Assembly: GCA_964016885.1 (NCBI GenBank)
Contig: OZ024740.1
Coordinates: forward strand, 370,388,001-370,452,000
Source: Eledone cirrhosa
Taxonomy: Eukaryota
Length of the DNA: 64,000 nucleotides
Reading direction: 5' to 3'
Below the pieces are notes generated by a model. The model had not been told where the DNA came from, ran no database searches, and saw only the letters and a list, made by a program, of their open reading frames with translations. Position numbers and translations under genes: made by a program. Shown piece by piece: positions 42,123 to 55,059 of the stretch (its first letter is position 1; each line of letters begins with the position of its first letter).

Positions 42123-42947
42123 ATTACTGCCTTCCCTGAAACCTGCAATTTCAAATCTACATAAGTCTACAAGCCTACGTCAACAAAATACGATGAATGG
42201 AATCAACATAAATCCTTGAAACGTTTAGAAATTGTCTTCAACTTTTCTCTACGGAGCCAGTGTCAAAATTATTGTTTAAGGTAGCTCAGTAATTTGAGAA
42301 GGAAATATTGCTTTTGGCAAAAACTAACCATTGATACAATATAAATAATCATATATGATATAGGAAATTAATGCCGGTCTGTTTCAGCAAGGATATATAT
42401 AGTAAGAAATATAAAACACGGGGAAATTTGTGAAAAGAGTCATGAAAGTCGACGGCATTGCTATGAACGAAGGTTTTAGTATTTATATACTTTCAACTTT
42501 CAAAAGTAATTATGCAAAATAATTAGTCATGATATGAAACTTTTATTGACACAGTGCATCTTTTTGTCTCCTTGTATAGTTGTCTGTGTATATTTATATA
42601 CATATATGTAACACACATATATGTAAGTATTATGTATATACTTACATATATGTGTGTTTGTGTATGTGTAGGCATGTATGTATGCATGTATGCATGTAGT
42701 TATGTGTGTGTGGGGGGGGGTGTTTGAATGCGTGTCTGTGTGTAACATTGATGACGTTGATAGGTTTCGACCTGTGTTGGCACAAGCGATGTCTAACTTA
42801 ATAGCATCGCCTGTATATACACAGAATAAAGGTAACTGTGACTGCGGAATTGTATATATATATACATTTACATAGTGAATGTGTAAGAATGTAAACATGC
42901 CAAATATACGTATTTCCCTGTGATTTGAAAACAAAAGTTATAGATAT

Positions 42948-42989
42948 CTTTAAACGGTTTTCAAGTCTAGATCAGCTTTCATCAGAAAG
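42948..42989 (-). ncRNA. Type-I hammerhead ribozyme
   Basis: Minus strand: CTTT-CTGATGA-AAG(CTGATCTAGA)CTT-GAAAACCGTTT-AAAG. Confidence 0.7.
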
Positions 42990-43800
42990 CATGTATATCA
43001 TCTAAACATCAAAGAAATACGCGATCGAGGGCATATATACCACATCATAGTAGCGTAAAATGGACGTAATAATTTACATATTCTTAACGCTCTTCCTGGT
43101 AGTTAATTAAGTTCAAACCATGCCGAGATCAAGGTCAACTTTACATTTCATCTTTCCGAGCCATTGTGAAATATTGGGGTCAATATAACTGATTGTGAGA
43201 CCACCAACCTAAAGTTTCATGAATAAGGATAAAACAGTAAACTTACTTACCTAAGTATACAAAGAGATCAAGAATAAAAATGGCCTCCAGAGATACAGGC
43301 ATTTTCATAATAGAAAGGATTTCATATTTCACGCATATATTTCACTTTCAATATTATCTAAAAGAGGAATCATTTGTTCTATAATGTATGAGGAAGTAAA
43401 TATGATGTCTGTCCAAACGTGTTTTACAGAGATCATCGTGGGAGGGTAGTATGCCCAACATTTTACTATTTCTCTTAGTGTTAATCTAATAACCAGTTGA
43501 ATATCGGACATATATACACACACATATAAATATATATTTATATATATATCACGATAAATTAACGGAGGCATAGGCCCTCGCTATTCCCTGTAAATAATGT
43601 GCTCAAAGGAGAAGAAATCCTGAGTTCTTTAAAATACAATATGTTGAAAAGGTAACACACCAGAGAGAGATATACAGTGTGCAATCAATAAAACAGGGAA
43701 AGAAACCACCAGTGTATGGAATTTATAACCTATGAAAGGCAGACTATAGACACGATAATTAAAAATATAAATTAAGCGTAAATAAATACCTCTATAACTA

Positions 43801-43910
<110 letters not shown>

Positions 43911-44547
43911 TATTGAAGTTTGCTTGAAGCATTGTGGAATAATAAGGTAAATTTCTTTAAGTCGTTTGGAAGCCTCGACAATGCAGATGGGTAAATCTCC
44001 GGGTAACAAGATCCGGTGGTGGAGAGAGAGATGTAAGTGGGTGTACGTTGAGATGCGTCGCGTGTAGAAGACCGTAGCGTGTAGAAGAATGTAGGAAAGA
44101 GCGTAAAGGATAAAAATAAAAATAATAACGCGAGATAGAGTTACCTTGGGAGAGATTTAATTGTCCCTATATATTTCGGATTCACATCCATCAAAACGGG
44201 GGGTTTTCCCGGGGGAGGGGAAGGTTGTCTGTCGGAAAGGTGCGAAACGTGTCCTCCGCTGTTCGTTGTTTTGAATATCTGAGGTATTCAGCAGAGCGCG
44301 CGTGCGCGTGAAATGGGGTCGGTCAAGCAGAGGTCGGCGGCCGAAATAGTTCTTTCAATTGTGGGAGTGGGATTGCGCTAGCTGTCAGTCCAAGTATTCT
44401 CTGCTTGTTTGGAGAATGTTACTGTGTGTGTGTGTGTGTGTGTGCGTGTGTTGTTGCCTTGTTCCTCTGTATTGGCAGTGTAGTATGTTCGTATGGTGGA
44501 ATGCTACTGTGTGTGTGTGTGCGTGTGTTGCTGCATCGTTTGTTTAC

Positions 44548-46450
44548 TTAAACCAACCACCTCATTTCGCTTCTCTCGGATCGGTTGTTTAATTGTGGCC
44601 CTAGGCGTTTGATCCAAAGTGATTCCTTGATACGTAATGTGCCGACATTTCTTTCTGTCGTTAGAATTGTGACAATTTGCCTTCCGTCTTTGTTTCCGCA
44701 TTTGGCTATGTGTTTCCGGAAAGACGAGGCCCTGGTGTTAGTGTGCTCCTTGATCCGGATGTGCAGCGGCCCGATTGTGCTACCTATATAGTATTGGTTG
44801 CGCTTGTTACATTCTATCTTATACACGACGTATGTGCGTAGGCAACAGTTCGCATGGCGCATCGGGCAGTCTCTGAGGGAGCACGCGTCAGTTGATTTCC
44901 TAGGTTTACTGGAGAGGCATCTTCGCAGAGAGGGGCCCGAGTGGGCCAGGTGGATGTCGAGGCCCTCCCTCCGTATAGCCGTCGTCGTTGGGGTGTTCAA
45001 CACTGAAGTCAATGTTCTCGTCCGTGTTGTTGAACGTCTCATAGATTCTGTTCGCCATGTGAAGATGTGAGGATGAGGATATCGTCCACGTACCTTGAGA
45101 AAAAGGCGACGGCGTTGGGGTGGCAGGCGTTGAGTGCCTTGCGCTCGAGGATGTCCATGTAAGAGATCGCTAGCACACCCGACAGGTTTGAGCCCATGGG
45201 AAGTCCCGAGGTTTGCTGGTATGTTTGGTCAAGGAATCCGAAGTAGGTGTTGTCGACGACAATGGATAGGAGTTGGTGGATGTCAGTGGTGGTGATCCCG
45301 AAGCAGTGTAGGTCGATAGATTTGACGCGTTCCATCAGTATATTAACGGCCGGGAGTGCCGGGACCGAGGTGTAGAGAGCGACTACATCAAAGCTGAAGG
45401 CATATCTGTTATCCTTTCTGGTGTCGAGATCCATTTGATGCAGGCGCTTCAACACCTCGGAGCTGTTAACGTGTCCCGGCAAGGTGTCTAAGATGGGTTT
45501 GAGTATTCTGGCTAGGAGCCATGAAATTTTGTAGAGCAGTCCTTCCACGCTCGATACAATGGGCCTGATCTTCAGGTCGGGTCCCTGTTTGTGTGTTTTC
45601 ACGAGGTGGTAGAAGGCGGGTAGTCTGCTGTTCCTCGTGAGGAGGTTGTATCTGAGCTTCTTCGGGAGCTTCCGCCGGTCGCAGATGTTGGTCCAGGCGG
45701 CGTTGATGTGCTCCTCTATCTGCGCGGGAGTGATTCCCGTGACCTTGGAGTAGACGTTGTCATCGTCCAGGTGTTGGAGGGCTAGGGTGCTGTAGGCCTC
45801 TCTGCTGATGACGCAGAATTCTTTTCCCTTGTCGGAGGGGAGGTAGATGAGGTTCTTCGATTTTAAGTTGGAGAGAGTGGTGAGTTAAGATTTGGTGAGG
45901 TTGTGTGTTGTGCGTGTGTGTGTTTGCGAAGTATATCCGAGATGGAGTGTTTTAGCCTGATGAGTTTAGTGTCGAGTTCGTGGTTGGTGGGTGGGGGTGG
46001 AGTGGGGGGTCGGGGTGGTAAGTGGGGAACTTGGGTGGGTTGCGTGGGCGCTGTTATTTTCTGTGGCGCTGTTGATGGCGGTCACCCATTTAAGTTGGTA
46101 AGCGGCTCGACAAAAGTTGGCCTCGATGTCGAGTTTGAGTCTGTCGTCGAGTCGTTGTGAGACGATGAACTTGGGTCCGAGGTCTAGGAGTTTCAGCTCG
46201 TCGTTCGTGAGAGTGCCGGTTAGGTCGGTGACCAGGTGCGTCGCATCGTTGAGGTGTGGCTCGGTATTGGTGGATGCGGCGGTGGTGGTTGTTACGTTGT
46301 TGTTTTCCACGTGGTTTTGGTCCGTCTGTTCGTTAGTGTCGATGTTCTCGTTGTGGAGTTTAGACAAGATCCACTCATATTTCCGTTTGAGCGGTTTTGT
46401 CTCGTATTGGACTCTGGAGTGGTAGCACTGGTCGATTGCTTTAATGATTT
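44548..46450 (-). pseudogene. PLE RT + GIY-YIG ORF, broken; thumb region apparently deleted
   Basis: ORFs 45966-46718, 45039-45602 and 44548-45042. YVDD is followed almost immediately by the linker. Confidence 0.88.
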
Positions 46451-46912
46451 TCAGGACATTACGTATCAAGGAAGCACTTTGGATCATACGCCTAGAGTCA
46501 CAATTAAACAAACCGATCCGAGAGAAGCGAAATGAGGTGGTTGGTTTAAGTAAACGAACGATGCAGCAACACAAGCACACACACACACACAAGCGAGACA
46601 GCAACACACGCGCACACACACACACAGTAGCATTCCACCATACGAACATACTACATTGCCAATATAGAGGAACAAGACAACAACACACGGACGCACACAC
46701 ACACACACACAGTAACATTCACCAAACAGGCAGAGAATACTATGGACTGACAGCTAGCGCCACCCCACTCCCACAATTGAAAGAACTATTTGTGCCGCCG
46801 ATCCCATTTCACGCGCACGCGCGCTCTGCTGAATACCTCAGATATTCAAAACAACGAACAGCGGACGACACGTTTCGCACCTTTCCGACAGACAACCTCC
46901 CCCGGGAAAAAC

Positions 46913-46948
46913 CCCCAGTTGATGGATGTGAATCCGAAATATATAGGG
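46913..46948 (+). ncRNA. Degenerate hammerhead in the pLTR (mirror copy 44165-44202, minus)
   Basis: CCC-CAGTTGA-T-GGAT(GTGA)ATCC-GAAATATATA-GGG. Stems are intact; the core has 2 mismatches. Confidence 0.55.
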
Positions 46949-47369
46949 ACAATTAAATCTCTCCCAAGGTAACTCTATCTCACGTTATTATTTTTATTAT
47001 TATCCTTTACGCTCTTTCCTACATTCTTCTACACGCTACAGTCTTCTACACGCGACGCATCTCAACGTACACCCACTTACATCTCTCTCTCCACCACCGG
47101 ATCTTGTTACCCGGAGATTTACCCATCTGCATTGTCGAGAAATTTACCATATATATATATATATATATAAGTATGTATACATACATATATGTATACAGAC
47201 GTACAGTAGTATGTATATACATACATACATGCACACATATATATATGTACGTATGGATTTACCGAACATTTATTATAATGCTCGGTTTGTTTGTAAACAA
47301 ACATCCCGAATTAAGCCGTACAGTGTTTAGCAACCATCGTTGCCCTTTTTTTCAACACTGACAAAGGAA

Positions 47370-47410
47370 CGATGTACTAGTTTCAAGCTTATTAGCTATC
47401 GTCAGCACCG
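47370..47410 (-). ncRNA. Intact minimal type-I hammerhead ribozyme between ~110 bp direct repeats (47165-47272 / 47590-47702)
   Basis: Minus strand: CGGTG-CTGACGA-TAGCT(AATA)AGCTT-GAAACTAGTA-CATCG. Confidence 0.85.
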
Positions 47411-47950
47411 TATACCTTCCTGCCAGATGATTGAACGTCTGAAAGTATATACTTTCCTTATGCATATTAACGGCTGAGCAGCCTAATTTGCATATCGAGT
47501 GAGTTAATCGGCCGGGCGCACCGTAAAGGATAAATGGAAAAAATGAAACGAAATTTCATTTCTCACTCTTAGTACAGCTGTTACTTAAATATAAGTATGT
47601 ATACGTACATACATATATGTATACAGACGTACAGTAGTATGTATATATATACATACATGCACACATATATATATGTATGTATGGATTTACCTAACATTTA
47701 TATATAAGGAAAAAAGATGAAATCGAAAATGCGACTGGAGTATTTTTCTATAAAAATATATATTTATTTGGTTCCTTTACAGAAGAAATGCGAAACGGGT
47801 AAAGGAAACAAATAAATATATATTTTTATAAAAAAAAGACTCCAGTTGCATTTTCGATTTCATCTTTTTTCCTTATACTTTCACTCATGTAGGACACCTC
47901 GTTTTTTTTTCATTTTGTAAAAATAACTCACTTTCTAATATATATATATA

Positions 47951-48516
47951 GTAAGAACATTTTCGAAACAGCGAGTTGATTTGAAATTATTAGAAATGTT
48001 AGCTATCGCTGTATTTTGACTAAAGAAATTAAAGAAATTATGTAGCCTGATAGTGGGGTTAAGAACCCTCGGAGAAATGGAGAAAGATGAGTATTGACGT
48101 ATATGGGAGTCGAACCCACATCTTTGGTTATCCGGACTACTGTGCTACCATTTACACCAACACATCACCCGTCTTATTCCATTCAAATTAGAAGCTATAA
48201 ACTTAGCGACTCTAACGTCAAGTAAGAACATTTTCGAAACAGCGAGTTGATTTAAAATTATTAGAAATGTTAGCTAACGCTGTATTTTGACTAAAGAAAT
48301 TAAAAAAATTATTTAGCCTGATAGCGGGGTTAAGAACCCTCGGAGAAATGGAAAAGATGAGTATTGACGTACATGGGAGTTGAACCCACATCTTTGGTTA
48401 TCCGGACCACTGTGCTACCATTTACATGTACGTCAATACTCATCTTTTTCCATTCAAATTAACCCCACTATCAGGCTAAATAATTTCTTTAATTTCTTTA
48501 GTCAAAATAGCTAACA

Positions 48517-48525
<9 letters not shown>
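47951..48525. mobile_element. Tandem ~271 bp unit (1.75 copies) plus inverted partial copy, in (TA)n
   Basis: GTAAGAACATTTTCGAAACAGCG starts at 47951 and 48222. 48426-48525 is an inverted, gapped copy. Confidence 0.85.
48095..48166 (-). tRNA. tRNA-like cloverleaf with atypical anticodon loop (nominal GGA); partial second copy ~48365-48426
   Basis: GATGTGT-TG-GTGT(AAATGGTA)GCAC-A-GT(A/G)GT(CCGGATA)ACCAA-AGAT-GTGGG(TTCGACT)CCCAT-ATACGTC-A. C33 and T37 are non-canonical, so probably a pseudo-tRNA. Confidence 0.6.
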
Positions 48526-48568
<43 letters not shown>

Positions 48569-48670
48569 ATATACCTTATGTTTAATGAAAAACATTTTAG
48601 AGACCATACGCTATCGGTTTTAAAGTAGTGACTATGTCACTTACTTCTTTTCGGTTAAAGAAGGGAGAGA

Positions 48671-48711
48671 AGCTAACAGTCTGTTTCACGCTGTTGGCGA
48701 TCATCAGAGCC
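48671..48711 (-). ncRNA. Type-I hammerhead ribozyme in module 48565-48817
   Basis: Minus strand: GGCT-CTGATGA-TCGC(CAACA)GCGT-GAAACAGACTGTT-AGCT. Confidence 0.8.
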
Positions 48712-49439
48712 ACGCACTCCCCGCTTTCGCCGAAAATTATAGAAGCTGGATTCTTATAGAATTCCAGTAATAATCAGGAGCTGATTATACAGAGCGATTG
48801 CTGGTCCAGCAAAAATTGGGTATGTATATACATACATATATATATATTTGTGTCTGCGTGTTGGTGAGATAGAGTGTGGTGTGTTTGGTTTGTGTGTGTG
48901 TGTGGTGTGTGGGTATGTGTGTGTGTAAACAGGAATATCAATACAAACTACACAGATTATTAAAGAAATAGATTGGTTTAACGCTTCAAATATCAATATA
49001 TATACATGTAATCCCGAGCTGTATTCTTGTGCGTTGATCAACCTAACAGACCTGATCGGACAATCATCATTTAATATCCGTTAACTACGATAAATGATTA
49101 ACTGTAATGTTAATAGACTCTTCTCTGTAAAATACGAATAGCTGGAATTCTGCAGACAAAATATTCCAATGTATTTTATCCATGTAAACATGTCAGTAGT
49201 TGTATATCATTATCCTATTCAATTCTTGTACATTAAGCAATGACTTCACGTTCCAATTTTCTTCAGTCTGCATTATAATTTTTCCTCTTTTCGATTTTGT
49301 GATTTCAATCAAATGATGCTAACTTTTCTGTATTTTAGTGTTGTTTCTCATTTTTACGGTGTTCTTGTTGGTGGTGGTGGTGGTATTAGCTATTGTTGTT
49401 GTTCCTGTTGCTCTTCATCTTCTTCTTCACCTTATTATT

Positions 49440-49578
49440 ATTTTTCTTCTTCTTTTTCTTCTTCTTTTTCTTCTTCTTTTTCTTCTTCTTTTTCTTCTTA
49501 TTCTTCTTTTTCTTCTTTTTCTTCTTTTTCTTCTTTTTCTTCTTCTTCTTCTTCTTCTTCTTCTTCTTCTTCTTCTTT
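49440..49578. repeat. Degenerate (TTC)n polypyrimidine tract
   Basis: Direct inspection. Confidence 0.95.
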
Positions 49579-49687
49579 TCATTGCTTTGTATTGTTTCAG
49601 TAATAATGTCTTTTTCGTGCGTCTCGAAAAATCTATAGTTTAGTGTTTGTACATATATATATATGAATTAGTACATGTATTTATTTA

Positions 49688-49721
<34 letters not shown>

Positions 49722-50379
49722 TACACTTACATATATGCCTATATGTATGTAAGTGTATGTATATATAGAGAGATAGATAGATAGATAGATAGATACATGT
49801 ATATATCCATACACACTCATACATATATATACACACACATAGATACATGTATACATCCATACACACTCATACATATATATATATACACACACACATATAT
49901 ATATATATGTATGTGTGTGTGTGTGTGTAAAAGGTACGCACATGCATGCACACAAATATATATGTGTGTCTGTCTGTGTGTGTGTGTCTGTGTATACTTG
50001 GGTGAGTTTATGTGAGCGTATGTGAGTGTTGGTGTGACCCGTTATGTATAGTTCGCTGTACTTTCAATCAATAGCTTTGCAGGATCAATCTAAAATTTTA
50101 ACTTTGGTAAAAGTGATAGGATACTACTTGGTAATTCCAGTCTATCAATGTAATCTTGTTCAAAAGAGCTTCCTTTACAAGAACTTATAATCTTTACGAA
50201 TTCTTTCGTAATCGACAAGATTCTATCTATTCCTCTGTGTCAGAATTCCAAACACTTTATGCTTGCATAGTTACATATATTCCTACATATATATTCACAC
50301 GGTTATATGCACACGCACATACGCACAAACATACACACATAGATACCTAGTGAAAATATCTATGTCTATATATATTTAA

Positions 50380-50458
<79 letters not shown>

Positions 50459-50683
50459 AGTATATAATTCATATATATATTTAAGTATATAATTCATATA
50501 TATATATGTGTGTGTGTGTGTTTTGGGGGGTGTTTGGGTGGGTGGGTGTGTTCCGATGTATTCAAACCTGTATAAATGCATGTATGTACACACTAAGATG
50601 AATACATGTATATCTTTATATATATATATATATCTACGTAGCTATCTGTATATAGATATATAGATAGATAGATAGATACATAG

Positions 50684-50757
<74 letters not shown>

Positions 50758-51401
50758 AGAGAGAGAAAGAGAGGGGGGTAGAAATGACGGAATACATAGA
50801 TAGGTAAATATAGATATATTATTTGTATTCCTTCCTGCTACCTATTGCATTATTATTCAATGTTAAATCCATGTCCGTTACTGCATCCTTTTCTACATTT
50901 ACTCTCCTAATACTCTATAACAACATTAATTATCTGATCAATTTTCCTCTCGTACATGTCGATGATAAGTTTTTGTTTATGACTTATTTTATTTTGATGT
51001 TCTCTTGTTGGTTTTGTTGTTACTATTCTTTACTGTAATTTTCTTGTGAAGTTACTTTTCTATGCGTGTTTTTCTTTGCATGAATTTCCTTATGTAAAAT
51101 GCAGTTGTGTTTACTAAGTGGAAGTAAATTCAATAAATCGATAAATATCTTCAGAATACTGTAAATGTTTCTTCAATAATCTTCTCACATAATTGAGTAC
51201 CCTAGACAGAAAATAACCGATTGGATAGATTTCTGAACTATCAGGTTCACACTGATGGGTTGTTAGATATTTTGTTGTCATTGTAAGCAGGGTGCAATAC
51301 TTTCTTCATTTCTTGGTTTACTTATCGGAAGGAATCACAGGATTTTCGGAAAGAATTACCAGTTAGGAGTGATTTTGAATTACTATATATATATTTTGAA
51401 T

Positions 51402-51440
<39 letters not shown>

Positions 51441-51443
<3 letters not shown>

Positions 51444-51570
51444 TCTACACGGCTAGAACTGTTTCATCCGAAAGAAATCATCAGGAAAGTCATTTCTATA
51501 TTAAATATTTATACTCTGCTATGTATTGAGTACCTTACTTACTGTGGTTACCTCCGATTGAACCCGGGAT
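51441..51570 (-). mobile_element. Short module with a partial HHR (51441-51487); related copies at 31201-31253, 33380-33498 and 53542-53593
   Basis: Minus strand: CTGATGA-TTTC(TTTC)GGAT-GAAACAGTTCTAGCCGTGTAGAGTC, then (TA)n. Shared GTATTGAGTACCTTA.TTAC.GTGGTTAC..CCGATTGAA. Confidence 0.65.
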
Positions 51571-51587
51571 ACACACACACACACATT

Positions 51588-51626
<39 letters not shown>

Positions 51627-51686
51627 GTGGAACACTGGAAGGTAATACCGTAGTGGTAGTGCACTCAGTCCAAGGGACGAGTTAGG

Positions 51687-51823
51687 TAGAAGTGGTTACA
51701 CAACAGTTAGTTCACCATACCGAGAACAATTGTTTCACCTTCGCGGATCTTCAGCTCGGGATGAAGATCCGCGAAGGTGAAACAATTGTTCTCGGTATGG
51801 TGAACTAACTGTTGTGTAACCAC

Positions 51824-51828
<5 letters not shown>
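51687..51828. repeat. Perfect 67 bp-arm fold-back
   Basis: 51687-51753 is the reverse complement of 51762-51828. Confidence 0.93.
51720..51759 (-). ncRNA. Intact minimal type-I hammerhead ribozyme
   Basis: Minus strand: CCGAG-CTGAAGA-TCC(GCGAA)GGT-GAAACAATTGTT-CTCGG. Confidence 0.85.
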
Positions 51829-51857
<29 letters not shown>

Positions 51858-52028
51858 GGGGTAACAAATTATTGTTATAGGTTGTCCACTTAAGTGTAGT
51901 CCAGTTATGGTACTCCGGGTAGTGGATGAAATCAACGCTTGGTTAAGTTTGACTCAACAAGGCGTTTCCATAGTGATGCTGCGAGTACGCTGTAATTCCT
52001 ATGTTGTAAACACTTGGAGTAATGATAA

Positions 52029-52983
52029 ATCAGGAAAGAAGAGTGACACGGTTTGCTATACAAAAAAGGTTTTTAATCTCATTGCTGACAATTGTTTCTC
52101 TGAACTGGTAGGTCTAGAGATCGCTACCCGCTTATTTTCCTCATCAACCCATAAGCATATTTACCTCATCAACCCATAAGCATATGTCTTCTCAGCTGCT
52201 GTCAGCACATAAACCTAAATCCAAGAACATTTCAAAATACTACTACAACAGAACTTTACCTTCCTCCTGCTATAATTATAGTCAGCATGTTTTCTCTTTA
52301 TATGTATGTATATATGTGTATGTATATATATATATGTTTGTGTGCATGTATGTATATATATATATTGCCTCCTTAACCTCTGTATTAACTTGCCCATTAT
52401 ATTGCTACTCTGTTAATGTTGTCTTATACATGTATGTTATTGATGATGAGAAAGCTAGACAACCCTTTCATCTAATATAGACCACACAAATCTCACTACA
52501 GTGATACATTCTTCATCTGTCAGATAATAAACAATTCTTACGGCCACCAGACCTACATTGTTTAAAGACACCGGCTTATCTTTACACTATATATAATACA
52601 CCCCATGACAGCTTTTACATGTCAATTTTATACATCTGCCTCATGTCAGCTAGTTTTACACGCTAAAATCATAGATATACTATACTTCCCACCTAGATTG
52701 ATGTTGTGATTATTTCAAATAATTTATTGCTAGCATTGTTAGTATTGTTGTTATTGTTCTGATTGAATGCCATTACTACTATATATAGTAGCCATGTCTG
52801 TATATTCCTTTCATTCTCACAAGCTCCGATGAATTGACTGGTTACAACTATGTATTGGTGATCGAATGACGTGAAAACAAGCGGGTGGCGATCTCTAGAC
52901 CTACCAGTTCAGAGAAACAATTGTCAGCAATGAGATTAAAAACCTTTTTTGTATAGCAAACCGTGTCACTCTTCTTTCCTGAT
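52029..52983. mobile_element. ~950 bp non-coding element with 111 bp inverted arms and a long-stem-II HHR (52823-52928, +)
   Basis: Arms 52029-52139 / 52873-52983. HHR: GCT-CCGATGA-AT-TGACTGGT...ACCAGTTCA-GA-GAAACAATTGTC-AGC. Confidence 0.75.
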
Positions 52984-53111
52984 GTATATATCTATCTATC
53001 TATCTATCTATATATATATATATATATCGTTTCTGAATTTGTTTAGCAAGATTCTTTATCTGAAATCTGGTGCGTGTGTTTCTTATTGGCAACATGACCC
53101 TCCCAAAGTAT

Positions 53112-53184
<73 letters not shown>

Positions 53185-53427
53185 AAGAAACAATTGTTGT
53201 TAGCAATTTGAATAAAGGCCTTATTGTACAGCCAACCATGTTAATCTTCTTTCTTTAACTATTATTACTCCAAGTATAACCTGCATAGAAACTACCGCGA
53301 CCGCGCTGCCTAACTATGGAACCATCTTGTTGAGTCAAACTAAGCCGCACGTTAAAACCATTTACAACACGGAGTACTCTAACCGGAATACCTCTAAGTG
53401 GAATACCTATATCGATAACTTGATATA

Positions 53428-53485
<58 letters not shown>

Positions 53486-53486
53486 A

Positions 53487-53527
<41 letters not shown>

Positions 53528-53607
53528 ATGTTTGTGTGTGTGCATCCTGAGTTCAATCGGAAGTAACCACAGTATGTAAGGTACTCAATACATGTATATA
53601 TACATAG

Positions 53608-53678
<71 letters not shown>

Positions 53679-54270
53679 ATATATGGATATATATGCATAT
53701 ATATACACAATATATATAAATATGCACATATACAAATATGCATTCAGTTGTGTTCGCACTCATAAAGTATAGACGCACATAAGGAACATGATGCATGGAT
53801 TCGTGTCTAAACATGCGCATGCATGCAATCATAAATATAATTATACATGTGTGTACATACATGCGCAAACTTTATATGTATACGAATACAATTACACACA
53901 TAACTATACAATACACACTTACATACACATTTCTGTATAATACTTTAAATTAGAAATTAAAAGAATGTTCTATAAAAAATATATGTACTGCATATAGTTA
54001 TGATAATCACACGTCTGTAAATTCAGAAGGAAGAAAACATGTATAACAAATCGGAGCAGCTTTACTCATTATAAGATATGAATATATCCTTATTTCAATA
54101 TATATATCTATTCACATACAAAACAATCCCGTACATACAACACACACACACACACATATATATATGTGTGTGTGTGTGTGTACCACACCCTCTTTGTTAT
54201 ATATATATGTGTATATACATACATACATATATATATATATGTATGTATGTATATACACATATATATATAT

Positions 54271-54465
54271 AACAAAGAGGGTGTGCTAAAATACCAGGTG
54301 GACCATAGCGCACCAGAGTTCTCAGTATTTAGGGTAGTAGTGTGGTTAATGAGAAAAGAGTTAGGAGCCCGACGGCTGAACTCCGGCCGTTTCGACAGCT
54401 AGATTCGTATGTAGCTGTCGAAACGGCCGGAGCTCAGCCGCCGTGGTCCTCAATCTTTCCCGATA
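54271..54465. mobile_element. Short module plus fold-back of the Naiad 3' terminus (54363-54450)
   Basis: TAGCTGTCGAAACGGCCGGAGCTCAGCCG matches 3761-3800. 54271-54360 matches 31078-31168 and the reverse complement of 16111-16185. Confidence 0.75.
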
Positions 54466-54467
54466 CG

Positions 54468-54563
<96 letters not shown>

Positions 54564-54654
54564 CACAAATATGTATGCGTACTAAACAAACATACTCATA
54601 CATATGTATATGCATACAAATTTACATACGTACTTATTAGAAACATACATACAT

Positions 54655-55035
54655 GTTAGTAACTGCCTCAATACAAATCGTAAGAAACTGGGCTTCACAG
54701 AAACAGAAAGGACATGACTAGTTAGGAAATTACAAGTACAATCCATTAATGGAACAGTAAAAATATGTAATACATTCCAAAAATTCTGGATCTAATAACT
54801 ACATATACACTTGTAGAGATACAAAGCATATGCACATGCACACATACAACTCAAAACATACATATCCACACATACAATAACATACATACCTGCACACATA
54901 TACATGCATGCAGACATGCATACATATCTACCTAGTTGATGTTGTGTAAACTCCAATGAGAGAGTCTTGTATCTATGTTAGAAACCGACTCTCTCTCTAT
55001 TGGCAAAAGTTTTTGAAATTATAAAGCCAGAAGAA
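54655..55035 (+). mobile_element. 3' end of the same R4-like LINE as 58636-61001, with (CATA)n tail
   Basis: High similarity to 60664-61001. Confidence 0.85.
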
Positions 55036-55059
55036 CATACATACATACATAATACATAC

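Larger units (their letters stand above)
43945..47148 (-). mobile_element. Penelope-like element with ~680 bp inverted pLTR arms (43945-44645 / 46456-47148)
   Basis: LLDLGPKF, PSDKGKEF, FYHLVKTHK..RPIVS, SFDVVALYTSVP, GLPMGSNLS, RYVDDI, then C..DCP..CC.R..VVYKIEC..YYIGST..RIKEH..KESLWI..PQLN. The arms are reverse complements of each other. Confidence 0.92.

Noticed and set aside
44240-44256. GAAACGTGTC in the PLE arm
   Set aside because: Antisense to the element, with no upstream CUGANGA box.
49313-49643. Poly-S/L/F ORFs; likewise poly-I/N at 40004-40369
   Set aside because: Trinucleotide repeats.
51441-51447. Element boundary exactly at the HHR cleavage site (GTC|TATA)
   Set aside because: The related copy at 33380 continues past this point with different sequence, so it is probably a coincidental truncation.
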